The position numbers and the translations under genes are program-made. Source: Vibrionaceae bacterium (GTDB lineage: Bacteria; Pseudomonadota; Gammaproteobacteria; Enterobacterales; Vibrionaceae). From it: a stretch of DNA of 24,000 bases. The notes beneath the pieces were generated by a model that saw only the letters and a program-made list of their open reading frames with translations, was not told the origin of the DNA and made no database searches. The stretch lies in contig OZ245058.1 in the NCBI GenBank assembly GCA_965224595.1, forward strand, positions 346,887 through 370,886, written 5' to 3'. Shown here piece after piece: positions 14,255 through 23,354 of this stretch. Every line of letters starts with the position of its first letter. Positions within the stretch are counted from its first letter, which is position 1.

Positions 14255-14290
14255 TTATAGTAGTGTAAACAGCACTGAAATAGGAGGAAA

Positions 14291-14306
14291 ATTTAGTAAA
14301 ACTACT
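14291..14306. promoter_or_regulatory. Short dyad sharing the core of the ebgA palindrome, upstream of ebgR
   Basis: TTTAGTAAAAC (14292-14302) is identical to 13071-13081. Locally it forms the dyad AGTA-AAAC-TACT. Confidence 0.35.
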
Positions 14307-14403
14307 TATTTATCACTAACTTTAATGAAATAAATGCCGTTGTTATACACTCTATGAATAAATTACTGTTTTAATCTGCCTGTTGCATCGAAATATGCTC
14401 TTG

Positions 14404-14417
14404 TGTAAACGTTTACA
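14404..14417. promoter_or_regulatory. GalR-type operator (external, OE-like) upstream of galT
   Basis: Perfect 14-bp palindrome TGTAAACGTTTACA, the consensus type for LacI-family GalR sites, 87 nt upstream of the galT ATG. Confidence 0.7.
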
Positions 14418-14421
14418 TGGT

Positions 14422-14437
14422 TGGGATTTGGATCACG
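14422..14437. promoter_or_regulatory. CRP-like site in the gal promoter region
   Basis: TGGGA-TTTGGA-TCACG matches TGTGA-N6-TCACA at 8 of 10 half-site positions. Its centre is 19 bp from the operator centre, the same OE-to-CRP spacing as in E. coli gal (-60.5 and -41.5). Confidence 0.35.
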
Positions 14438-14455
14438 GTTAGCTTGATTGTTGGT

Positions 14456-14475
14456 TGATAAACTCGTGGTATATT
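14456..14475 (+). promoter_or_regulatory. Two candidate extended -10 promoter elements for galTKM
   Basis: TGaTAAACT (14456-14464) and TGgTATATT (14467-14475). The first would put the CRP-like site near -41.5. There is no good -35, as at E. coli gal promoters. Confidence 0.35.
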
Positions 14476-14503
14476 TTCTACTCTCTGATAAAAAGAGTTC
14501 ATT

Positions 14504-15598
14504 ATGTCTAGTGTTGTTTCAAGTAGCGGTAAATTTAATTCCACCGATCATCCACATCGCCGATATAACCCATTAACAGGGCAGTGGGTATTGGTATCTC
14601 CACATCGGGCAAAACGCCCATGGCAGGGGCAGGATGAAAAACCGTCATTGATGCCTAGTGAACGTTATGATCCTGATTGTTTTTTATGTGCCAATAATCA
14701 ACGTATTTCCGGTGATAAAAACCCAGATTATCAAGGTACCTTTGTTTTCACTAATGATTTTGCTGCGTTAACCACAGACACGCCAGATGCACCTGAGTCA
14801 GACAATCCTCTTTTTCGTAGCCAAAGTGCACGCGGTTTGAGTCGAGTCATCTGCTTCTCTCCCGATCACAGTAAGACACTGCCTGAGTTGCCACAAAAAA
14901 GCATATTAGCGCTGGTTGATACCTGGGAACAGCAAATATCAGAGTTGGGTAAAGAGTATCTTTGGGTACAAGCTTTTGAAAACAAAGGCGCAGTGATGGG
15001 GTGTTCGCAGCCTCATCCACATGGGCAGGTGTGGGCGAATAACTTCTTACCCAATGAGATAGAGCGAAAAGATAAACAGTTGCGCGATTACCAGCAACAA
15101 CACGGTCGTAATCTTTTGTTTGATTATGTACAGAGTGAAGAGAAAGATGGCTCTCGAACGGTGGTGGATACAGAGCACTGGCTGGCTGTCGTGCCTTACT
15201 GGGCTGCCTGGCCTTTTGAAACCATGCTAATGCCAAAAGCGCATATTCGTCGCATGAGCGAATTAAGTGAAGAGCAGAGAGTGGATTTGGCACTGGCGCT
15301 GAAGAAACTGACCAGTCGATATGACAATCTATTTCAGTGCTCATTTCCTTACTCGATGGGCTGGCACTATGCTCCTTTTTTTGAACACGCTTTAGATTCA
15401 TCGCAGGATACTGACATTGATCATTGGCAGTTGCATGCCCTTTTTTATCCACCACTTTTGCGCTCAGCAACGGTACGAAAATTCATGGTTGGATATGAGA
15501 TGCTGGCGGAGAGCCAAAGGGATCTTACTCCTGAACAAGCCGCAGAAAAACTTCGAGCAGTAAGCGATGTTCACTATTTAGATAATGGCCATTTATAA
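14504..15598 (+). CDS. galT: Galactose-1-phosphate uridylyltransferase
   Basis: [31 protein letters not shown] zinc-site motif and active-site [12 protein letters not shown]. Confidence 0.95.
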   Translation: MSSVVSSSGKFNSTDHPHRRYNPLTGQWVLVSPHRAKRPWQGQDEKPSLMPSERYDPDCFLCANNQRISGDKNPDYQGTFVFTNDFAALTTDTPDAPESDNPLFRSQSARGLSRVICFSPDHSKTLPELPQKSILALVDTWEQQISELGKEYLWVQAFENKGAVMGCSQPHPHGQVWANNFLPNEIERKDKQLRDYQQQHGRNLLFDYVQSEEKDGSRTVVDTEHWLAVVPYWAAWPFETMLMPKAHIRRMSELSEEQRVDLALALKKLTSRYDNLFQCSFPYSMGWHYAPFFEHALDSSQDTDIDHWQLHALFYPPLLRSATVRKFMVGYEMLAESQRDLTPEQAAEKLRAVSDVHYLDNGHL

Positions 15599-15618
15599 GC
15601 CCTAATGTGAGAGATATT

Positions 15619-16791
15619 ATGACAGATTCAGTTGCGCTGATTAAACAAGTTAGCCAATGTTTTCAACAGAGCTTTGGTTATTCGGCACATGCCTTTGTTC
15701 AAGCGCCGGGCCGAGTCAATTTGATTGGTGAACACACCGATTATAACGACGGTTTTGTTCTACCTTGTGCCATTAACTATCAAACTGTGGTGGCTGCCAG
15801 CAAAAGAGACGATAACATTGTACGGATCGTATCGGTCGATTATGGCAATGAAATCAATCAATTTGACCTTAACCAAACCATCACTTTTGATGCTGATTGT
15901 ATGTGGGCAAATTACATACGAGGGGTCGTAAGCTGTTTATTAAATCGTGGTTATTCATTTAACGGTGCCGATATTGCGGTCAGTGGTAATGTACCGCAAG
16001 GCGCCGGATTGAGTTCATCAGCGGCTTTAGAGGTGGTGATTGGACAGACGTTTAAAGCCCTCTATAACTTAGACATTAGCCAGCAAGAGATTGCGCTCAA
16101 TGGCCAGCAAGCTGAGAATGAATTTGTTGGGTGTAACTGTGGCATTATGGATCAACTTATCTCAGCGGAAGGTGAAGAGAATCATGCACTACTTATTGAT
16201 TGTCGCTCATTAGAGACAACGGCGGTGCCACTGCCTGCAGATATGGTGGTGATGATCATTAACTCCAATAAAAAGAGAGAGCTGGTGGGCAGTGAATACA
16301 ATACTCGCCGTCAGCAGTGTGAAGAGGCTGCTGAAATCTTTGGGGTTAAAGCGCTACGAGATGTCACTCTAAAGCAGTTTGAACAACGAAAGGGCGAACT
16401 CAGTGATGTCGTTGCCAGACGGGCAAAGCATGTGATTACCGAAAACGACCGCACTGAACTTGCTGCTGTTGCGTTGAAAAATGGTGATCTGCCTCTAATG
16501 GCGAAGCTGATGGAGCAGTCTCATCTCTCTATGAAAAACGATTTTGAGATCACGGTGACAGAAGTTGATACGTTAGTTGAGATTGTAAAACAACAATTGG
16601 GTGAAGAGGGGGGAGTTCGGATGACTGGTGGTGGTTTCGGCGGTTGTATCGTTGCGATGATGTATCCAGATAAAGTGAATCAAGTACGTCAAGCTGTTGC
16701 AGAGAATTATGAAGCGGCGACCGGATTAAAAGCGTCGATTTATGTCTGTCAGGCCAAATCGGGTGCGTCTCAGCTTGAGATAATATCGTAA
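15619..16791 (+). CDS. galK: Galactokinase
   Basis: [22 protein letters not shown] signature and GHMP motif [17 protein letters not shown] 15619 has GAGAG upstream; the GTG at 15607 in the ORF track is rejected. Confidence 0.95.
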   Translation: MTDSVALIKQVSQCFQQSFGYSAHAFVQAPGRVNLIGEHTDYNDGFVLPCAINYQTVVAASKRDDNIVRIVSVDYGNEINQFDLNQTITFDADCMWANYIRGVVSCLLNRGYSFNGADIAVSGNVPQGAGLSSSAALEVVIGQTFKALYNLDISQQEIALNGQQAENEFVGCNCGIMDQLISAEGEENHALLIDCRSLETTAVPLPADMVVMIINSNKKRELVGSEYNTRRQQCEEAAEIFGVKALRDVTLKQFEQRKGELSDVVARRAKHVITENDRTELAAVALKNGDLPLMAKLMEQSHLSMKNDFEITVTEVDTLVEIVKQQLGEEGGVRMTGGGFGGCIVAMMYPDKVNQVRQAVAENYEAATGLKASIYVCQAKSGASQLEIIS

Positions 16792-17828
16792 TGGATACAG
16801 AGCCTTTTACGGACGGTAAACCTGCCAATGTCTACACTCTGCATAATCAGCTTGGCAGCAAAATTGCGGTGATGGATATTGGTGCGACATGGCTTAGTTG
16901 TCAGCTTCAAGTTGATCAACAGATAAGAGAAGTCTTGCTTGGCGTCGACACTATGGCTAAACATCAGCAGCAAGAGGCGTATTTAGGTGCAACGGTTGGC
17001 CGTTACGCCAATCGTATTGCTGGTGGCAAATTTGTCATTGGTGATAAGAACTACCAAGTGGCTGTTAATCAAGGTGGAAACTGCCTGCATGGCGGTGTTG
17101 AAGGCTTTGATAAACGTCGTTGGGCACTGCAAGAGTTACGCAGCGACTGCGTGGTTCTCTCTTTGCACTCAGCCGATGGCGAACAAGGTTTTCCTGGTAA
17201 TTTGGAGGTAACAGTCAGTTATCAGTTAACGGATCAAAACGAGGTTGTCATCGCTTATTCCGGCATGGTTGATAAAGCGTGTCCGGTTAATTTAACCAAT
17301 CATGCCTACTTTAACTTGATGGGTGATGAGTCAAGTGTTGATGGCTTAGAGCATCAGTTGCAGATATTTTCCGCTCATTATGCCGCGACGAATGAGGTGG
17401 CAATACCAATCGGAAAGTTGAAATCTGTGGTTGATAGTGGTTTTGATTTTAACCAGTTGAAACCGATCAAGCAGGACTTTTTACGCGACTCTGATCAGCA
17501 GATATTGAGTGGTTATGACCACTCTCTGCTGCTTGATAGTGATAAAACCGATGGTCAACAGGTTGCCGCGCGTTTGGTGTCGGCGGATAAACAGCTTACG
17601 ATGGAGGTGAGAACCAGCAAGCCTGCTATTCAGCTTTACAGTGGTAACTTTCTGCAAGGCACTGCAGGTCGACAGTTGCATCAATACCGCAATCATCAGG
17701 GCATCGCGTTAGAGACGCAGCTTTTACCGGATTCGCCTAATCATCCTGAGTGGCCGCACGTTTCCTCAATACTGCAACCAGAACAAACGTATCAAGCGGT
17801 TACTAAATATAAGTTTATTGTCAGTTAG
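16791..17828 (+). CDS. galM: Aldose 1-epimerase (galactose mutarotase)
   Basis: YLGATVGRYANRIAGGKF, GGVEGFDKRRW and NLTNHAYFNL. The start overlaps the galK stop (TAATG). Confidence 0.92.
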   Translation: MDTEPFTDGKPANVYTLHNQLGSKIAVMDIGATWLSCQLQVDQQIREVLLGVDTMAKHQQQEAYLGATVGRYANRIAGGKFVIGDKNYQVAVNQGGNCLHGGVEGFDKRRWALQELRSDCVVLSLHSADGEQGFPGNLEVTVSYQLTDQNEVVIAYSGMVDKACPVNLTNHAYFNLMGDESSVDGLEHQLQIFSAHYAATNEVAIPIGKLKSVVDSGFDFNQLKPIKQDFLRDSDQQILSGYDHSLLLDSDKTDGQQVAARLVSADKQLTMEVRTSKPAIQLYSGNFLQGTAGRQLHQYRNHQGIALETQLLPDSPNHPEWPHVSSILQPEQTYQAVTKYKFIVS

Positions 17829-17846
17829 AGCTGTTGTGCGTGAGAT

Positions 17847-18845
17847 CTATATTTTACTGACGGACATTCTTTTAATCAGTGTTGGATTGAACAGACTGAC
17901 GCTGCTGCTTTTGTGTTCACCCTTAGCCAGCATAATGGCCAGAGACGCCGCTTTTTCTGCCATGATATGAATGGGATAACGAATTGTGGTCAACTTTGGA
18001 TGCACAAATTTAGCAATTAAACCATCATCGAACCCAACCAGAGACATCTGTTCTGGAACCTTGATGCTGTTATCTTCAAGTGCAGATAGTGCCCCTGCAG
18101 CCATAAAGTCGTTGTAAGCGAAAGTTGCGGTGACGGGTAAGTTTTTAGCCAGCAGATTCATCATTGCTTTCTCACCCCCGATATCTGTTGGTTCGGAGAA
18201 TTCTATATAGTTGTCAGATGTGGTGAGGCCATTATCTTTAAGCGCTTGTAAATAACCATCTTTACGCTGAACACTGTCTTCGATCTCTTGATTTGAACCG
18301 ATGCAAGCTATCTGCTTATGGCCATTTTTGATAAGAAATTCAGTGGCGAGGTAGGCACCTTTGAAATTATCGAGTGCAATACAGCGCTCTGCAATTTCAG
18401 GCACCAATCGGTTGATCAAAATAAATCCGGGTACTTCGTTGGCGTAGTCAATCAGTTCTTGGTTACTTAGCCCCTTCGAGTGCACAACCAATGAATCACA
18501 CCGGCTGTTGATCAGTAGCTCAATCGCATTTCGCTCGTCAGTGGCATTGTGATAACCATTTCCGATTAAAACCTGCTTGCCATTTTTACGAGCAACATCA
18601 TCCACCGCTTTTATCATCAAACCAAAAAATGGATCCGAAACATCACTGACCAATACGCCAATGGTATTGGTACTTTTACTGACTAATGCGCGGGCATTAG
18701 CGTTGGGTCTATAACCGAGCGCTTTCATCGATTTTTCAACCACGGCGATCGACTTTGCACTCGCTTTTGGTGACTTGTTGATGACACGAGATACGGTTGC
18801 GATAGAGACACCCGAATCTTTTGCAACATCTTTAATGGTAGCCAT
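17847..18845 (-). CDS. galR: LacI-family galactose repressor (GalR/GalS)
   Basis: MATIKDVAKDSGVSIATVSRVINKSPKAS...YRPNANARAL...DVSDPFFG...LIGNGYHN parallels E. coli GalR. ATG 18845 has GAGG upstream; the GTG at 18857 is rejected. Confidence 0.9.
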   Translation of the reverse strand: MATIKDVAKDSGVSIATVSRVINKSPKASAKSIAVVEKSMKALGYRPNANARALVSKSTNTIGVLVSDVSDPFFGLMIKAVDDVARKNGKQVLIGNGYHNATDERNAIELLINSRCDSLVVHSKGLSNQELIDYANEVPGFILINRLVPEIAERCIALDNFKGAYLATEFLIKNGHKQIACIGSNQEIEDSVQRKDGYLQALKDNGLTTSDNYIEFSEPTDIGGEKAMMNLLAKNLPVTATFAYNDFMAAGALSALEDNSIKVPEQMSLVGFDDGLIAKFVHPKLTTIRYPIHIMAEKAASLAIMLAKGEHKSSSVSLFNPTLIKRMSVSKI

Positions 18846-18967
18846 GAATAACCTCACACTGTAATTGCACCCATTTAACCCTTGTAGTGAAAATATGGCA
18901 ATGGCTGATTGATATTTTGTGGAGTTATAAGATATAGATCGCTGTAATTCCTTATTTTATTGTTAAT

Positions 18968-19337
<370 letters not shown>

Positions 19338-19340
19338 TCG

Positions 19341-20084
19341 TTATTTGATCAGGTCATATAGGGTCGGTTTTCTGGCCTTTACGGTCTGTTGTAAAAAATT
19401 GACGATCCAGAGGGCGATCGATTGTGAATCTGCGACTTTATCGAGTGTTCTCTTTCCTTGTTCTAGCCGACTGGGATCAATAATGTCTTGTCGGTAATCC
19501 ATTAATGCCGAGGAAAACTCGACCGTAAATTCAGGATGACCTTGAAAGCCTAAAAAGTGGTTGCCGACCTGTATAGCGCTGTATGGGCAGAAATCATTGG
19601 CAAGAATTACCTGACTATTGGCTGGCAGCGCTACCACCTGATCTTGATGGCTAACGATGAGCCCAACCAGAGGCAGATCAGGGCTCATCCACGGTTTTCT
19701 ATTGATGATCTGGGCCGTTGATATACCAAGACCCCACCCATTGTATGAGAGAGAGACCTTCCCTCCTAATGCGTGAGCAATAAGTTGATGGCCAAAACAG
19801 ATGCCCACTAATCCAATTTGTGCATCGTATAAACGACGAACAAAATTCACCAGTTCATCAATCCAAGGAAGATCATCATAAACACTGCAACGACTCCCGG
19901 TTGATAGGTAGGCGTCACACTCATCAAGATCTTTCGGATATACTCCTTTATGTACTTCGTAAAATACCAATTTCAGAGGTACATTAGTCTGTTGTAGTAG
20001 TGTGGCAAACATTGTTGAATAGTCGCCATACTGAGTGCGTAGTGTTTGATTTACATTGTCGCAAAGTAAAATTCCTAGCTTCAT
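19341..20084 (-). CDS. Class I glutamine amidotransferase-like protein (GuaA N-domain type)
   Basis: Nucleophile elbow GICFGHQ and the His-Glu pair in GFQGHPEF. AAGGAG lies upstream of ATG 20084. Confidence 0.8.
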   Translation of the reverse strand: MKLGILLCDNVNQTLRTQYGDYSTMFATLLQQTNVPLKLVFYEVHKGVYPKDLDECDAYLSTGSRCSVYDDLPWIDELVNFVRRLYDAQIGLVGICFGHQLIAHALGGKVSLSYNGWGLGISTAQIINRKPWMSPDLPLVGLIVSHQDQVVALPANSQVILANDFCPYSAIQVGNHFLGFQGHPEFTVEFSSALMDYRQDIIDPSRLEQGKRTLDKVADSQSIALWIVNFLQQTVKARKPTLYDLIK

Positions 20085-20138
20085 TGAACGATCTCCTTAT
20101 CGAGTATTGATGACTCCTACCTTACTTCAGTCAAATGG

Positions 20139-21530
20139 TTAAAGGTGTGTTTTAAGGTTAAATGATTTAGTTTGAGTGACGTTGTGGTAACCAAAGGTAG
20201 ATAAACTGCTGCCGCTACCTGAGTCTTTTGTACCTGACCACGCTAAGGCTGGGTCTTGGTAATCACAGCGATTAATAAAAAAGGTCCCTACGTGAAGCTC
20301 TTCACCAATCGCAATGGCTGCATTGATGTCCGTTGCGAAAACGGATGCGGTGAGACCATATTGTGAGTCATTCATAAGATCAATCGCTTCTTGATCAGTT
20401 TTGACTCTCATGACCCCTACCACTGGGCCAAATGTTTCATCGCGCATGATTTTCATTTTATGATTTACGTTGGTGAGCAGCTGGGGAACTAAGTAACAGG
20501 ATTTTTTATCATAATTTGGGAAATCATCAGTTGAGATATGAGCGACAGCGCCCATCTTTATGGCCTCACTAATTTGAGAACGGATGCATTTTGCTGCAGC
20601 GAAGCTGACAACGGGTCCTAAGGTCACTTGAGGATCAAAGGGAGGACCAAGTTTAAACTGTTTGATCAATTTTTCTGCTTTATCAACAAATTCGGAATAG
20701 ATTGAATGATGCACATAGATGCGTTCAATTGCGCTGCAAGACTGGCCTGAATTAAAATAGGCACCATCAATACAACTTTCAACGGCATGTTCAAGATTAG
20801 CATCGTGTCGAATGTAAGCCGAATCTTTACCGCCGAGATCCAAACCAACCGTTACTATTCTGTTTGATGTTGCGGCTTTTATCGCTTTGCCCCCCTCAAC
20901 AGACCCGGTGAAAGATACGTAACTAATACCAGGATGCTGCGCCAATTTCTGAGTCGCAGTCCGGCTTAAATGAAGGTACTGGAATACACCGAGTGGAAGT
21001 TGAGTTTGCTGAAACGCTTTGGCAAACTGCTCTGCACACAGAAGAGTCTGAGATGAATGCTTTAAGATGACACAGTTTCCAGCCATGATAGCGGGAATAA
21101 GGATATTTATTGCACTTAGATAGGGATAATTCCAAGGAGAAATGACAACAACGGTACCTAACGGCTCTTTTTTTATGTATCGGGTATAACCAGGTAGGTG
21201 ATTCAATACGATCGGCTCTAAGGCTTCTTCTGCTGCATCTATCAAATATCTGGCACGCTCTTCCGTTGCCATTATTTCAGCTCTTGCGAAACGAATGGGT
21301 CGTCCCATCATCCAACATAACTGCCGAGCAATTTCATCTTGGTTACGGATGATCGCATCAATCATTTGGTGGCAAATGGTGGCTCTGTCTTTGATTAGGA
21401 TCGATTTCCATTGCAGGTGCGCTGACTGGGCTTCTTGCACCGCAGTTTCAACCTCAAGTGGGCTGGCAAGTTTTCTGGTGGCATAAATCGAACCATCAAT
21501 GGGGCTACGGCTGGTCAGAACATCACTCAT
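20139..21530 (-). CDS. NAD(P)-dependent aldehyde dehydrogenase family protein (divergent subfamily)
   Basis: SPWNYP, FTGSVEGGK, LDLGGKD, catalytic Cys in NSGQSCSA and DETFGPV. Confidence 0.88.
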   Translation of the reverse strand: MSDVLTSRSPIDGSIYATRKLASPLEVETAVQEAQSAHLQWKSILIKDRATICHQMIDAIIRNQDEIARQLCWMMGRPIRFARAEIMATEERARYLIDAAEEALEPIVLNHLPGYTRYIKKEPLGTVVVISPWNYPYLSAINILIPAIMAGNCVILKHSSQTLLCAEQFAKAFQQTQLPLGVFQYLHLSRTATQKLAQHPGISYVSFTGSVEGGKAIKAATSNRIVTVGLDLGGKDSAYIRHDANLEHAVESCIDGAYFNSGQSCSAIERIYVHHSIYSEFVDKAEKLIKQFKLGPPFDPQVTLGPVVSFAAAKCIRSQISEAIKMGAVAHISTDDFPNYDKKSCYLVPQLLTNVNHKMKIMRDETFGPVVGVMRVKTDQEAIDLMNDSQYGLTASVFATDINAAIAIGEELHVGTFFINRCDYQDPALAWSGTKDSGSGSSLSTFGYHNVTQTKSFNLKTHL

Positions 21531-21682
21531 ATTTAATGCCTTTTACTACTTGCGTAATGATTACTCTCCGTACAGATTAAAATGCAATAGATTGAATAAT
21601 TTAATAAATAATTGTTAGTAATATAAATATAGACGCAAGTGGGCGAGTTGCAATGTTAAAAGAGAGGGTGATAGAAAAGGAA

Positions 21683-21715
21683 AAAGAGCTTAAATAAACG
21701 TAATTTAAGCTCTTT
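21683..21715 (-). terminator. Rho-independent terminator of dapD
   Basis: 13-bp perfect stem AAAGAGCTTAAAT / ATTTAAGCTCTTT with a 7-nt loop. On the minus strand it is followed by TTTCCTTTTC. Confidence 0.75.
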
Positions 21716-21762
21716 ATATTTGAAATGTAATGATAAGTTTTTTTTAACTTAACAGTAGTGAT

Positions 21763-22794
21763 TTAGTTATTGTGGTGTAACTCGTTGTTTAGCTCAACCG
21801 CGGTTTTATTGGTTAAGCACTCAATTTGTCCAGTCACTGAATGACGGCGGAACAGCAGATCAGTTTGACCGGCAAGATCGCGTGCTTTTGCTATTTCGAT
21901 CTCTTTGCCACTTAAGTCAAGCATACGAACTTTGGTTCCGGCAGTGACATATAATCCAGACTCAATCGTACAGCGATCACCCAATGGGAAACCAAGACCT
22001 GAGTTGGCGCCTAATAAGCAGTTTTCGCCAATTGAGATAACCATTTTACCCCCACCAGACAGCGTTCCCATGATAGAAGCACCACCGCCTACATCTGAGC
22101 CTTCACCGACCATGACGCCAGCAGATATGCGGCCTTCAACCATGCTTACACCGGTTGTTCCTGCATTGAAGTTGATAAAACCTTCATGCATAACGGTAGT
22201 GCCTTGGCCAACGTGAGCACCAAGACGGACACGAGAGGTATCCGCAATACGGATGCCAGCAGGGACCACGTAATCCACCATTTTGGGGAATTTATCAACA
22301 CAGTCAACCGTAATAACGTCGCCATTCAGACGGGCGTCAATTTGGCGTTCAGCAAGTTCTGGTAGATCAATGGGTCCAACATTGGTCCATGCGATGTTAT
22401 GCAATAGTCCAAAAATGCCATCCAATACAGTACCGTGAGGCTGAACTAAGCGGTGTGAAATGAGCTGCAGTTTCAAAAATCCTTCAGCCACAGATGTTGG
22501 CTGCTCATCTGTTGCTAAGATAACAAGAACCAGTGGTTGAGAAGAGCTGGCAGCTTTAGTAGCAAAACTTGAGTTGGTGCTATCGCCATTTGCGTTAAAA
22601 GCGGTAGCAAGTTGTGCCGCTTGGCTTGACGTTACTTCAACTGCTTGATTGCCTTCCTGGAAATCAACAACTTTTGCGATTGCACTAACCAGTGCATCAC
22701 TTGGGTTTAAAAGTGGGTTTGGGAAAAATGCTTCAATGATTTTCCCATCACGATTTTTTGTAGCAGTACCTAAGGCAAGCGAGAATATGGCCAT
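21763..22794 (-). CDS. dapD: 2,3,4,5-tetrahydropyridine-2,6-dicarboxylate N-succinyltransferase, long (~343 aa) form
   Basis: MAIFSLALGT...KFPKMVDYVVPAGIRIADTSRVRLGAHVGQGTTVMHEGFINFNAGT...GTLSGGG... (hexapeptide repeats) is collinear with the Pseudomonas/Vibrio-type DapD as I recall it. ATG 22794 is preferred over the TTG at 22845. Confidence 0.9.
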   Translation of the reverse strand: MAIFSLALGTATKNRDGKIIEAFFPNPLLNPSDALVSAIAKVVDFQEGNQAVEVTSSQAAQLATAFNANGDSTNSSFATKAASSSQPLVLVILATDEQPTSVAEGFLKLQLISHRLVQPHGTVLDGIFGLLHNIAWTNVGPIDLPELAERQIDARLNGDVITVDCVDKFPKMVDYVVPAGIRIADTSRVRLGAHVGQGTTVMHEGFINFNAGTTGVSMVEGRISAGVMVGEGSDVGGGASIMGTLSGGGKMVISIGENCLLGANSGLGFPLGDRCTIESGLYVTAGTKVRMLDLSGKEIEIAKARDLAGQTDLLFRRHSVTGQIECLTNKTAVELNNELHHNN

Positions 22795-22967
22795 TATAGA
22801 GTAATCTCCGTTTCTATAATTTGATGAAATTGCATCAATAATCAAATTTACTTAATAAATTACATTCATCATAAAGAGAGAACTTTACTAAGTCTATAAA
22901 AACAGAAAGCAGCAAGCCAACAAATGACCGACTGCTTTTAATGGTTTAGCTTGTTGCTTACTCGATG

Positions 22968-23267
22968 CTATGCAGCAGCTTCTGAGTCAGATGGTTCAGC
23001 AACCACTTTCACTTCTTTTGGTTTTTTTGGTGCAGGTTTACGTTTTGCACCTAAAGCAATAAGAACCTCTTCTTTATTTTTTGCTAAGTATAAAGAGAGC
23101 TCTTCTTGTTTTGCTTCATCCTCTAGCAATTTGCTTTCACCCAGTAATGTGAACAGCTCATCAGCCATATCCAGCATTTTGTCATAAGCGTCAGCTTCAG
23201 CTTTAGAGGTAAAAGTCATCTTTTCTTCTCCGTTGCGTTCCACTACGTACTTGACGATAACAGCCAT
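22968..23267 (-). CDS. yebG: DNA damage-inducible protein YebG
   Basis: MAVIVKYVVERNGEEKMTFTSKAEADAYDKMLDMAD parallels E. coli YebG (MAVEVKYVVIREGEEKMSFTSKKEADAYDKMLD). AGGGG lies 6 nt before ATG 23267 but directly abuts the alternative ATG 23273. Confidence 0.88.
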   Translation of the reverse strand: MAVIVKYVVERNGEEKMTFTSKAEADAYDKMLDMADELFTLLGESKLLEDEAKQEELSLYLAKNKEEVLIALGAKRKPAPKKPKEVKVVAEPSDSEAAA

Positions 23268-23296
23268 GGTCATCCCCTAAATAATTAATCCAAATT

Positions 23297-23316
23297 TACT
23301 GGCTTTTTATACAGTA
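23297..23316. promoter_or_regulatory. LexA (SOS) box
   Basis: TACTG-GCTTTTTATA-CAGTA fits the gammaproteobacterial CTG-N10-CAG / TACTG(TA)5CAGTA consensus and sits between yebG and the Tag-like gene. Confidence 0.8.
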
Positions 23317-23334
23317 GGTTCTACACTATGTCCA
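23306..23334 (-). promoter_or_regulatory. Sigma70-type promoter of yebG
   Basis: On the minus strand: -35 TGGACA (23329-23334), a 17-nt spacer and -10 TATAAA (23306-23311). The -10 lies inside the LexA box. Confidence 0.6.
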
Positions 23335-23354
23335 GTTTAAAGAAGGTAGTTGTG

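Noticed and set aside
14282-14287. Strong SD-like AGGAGG in the ebgR-galT intergenic region, which could suggest a small unannotated ORF.
   Set aside because: No ATG, GTG or TTG lies within 5-12 nt downstream. The only nearby ORF is ATG-AAA-TAA at 14325-14333.
14521-14534. OI-like internal operator inside galT: AAGTAGCGGTAAAT. It shares the GTAGCGGT core with E. coli OI, and its centre is 117 bp from the upstream operator (114 bp in E. coli).
   Set aside because: The spacing is suggestive, but the site matches the local TGTAAACGTTTACA consensus at only about 5 of 14 positions and is a poor dyad. It is not called without binding data.
21531-21682. AT-rich 150-bp region upstream of the ALDH gene, checked for small ORFs or an sRNA (for example the 14-codon ORF at 21536).
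   Set aside because: There is no SD, no conserved-looking peptide and no stable structure apart from the dapD terminator. It is most simply the ALDH promoter region.
22906-22938. Possible yebG terminator: AAAGCAG ... CTGCTTT, with CTGTTTTT following on the minus strand.
   Set aside because: The stem is only 7 bp with a 19-nt loop, so it is a marginal intrinsic terminator and is left uncalled.
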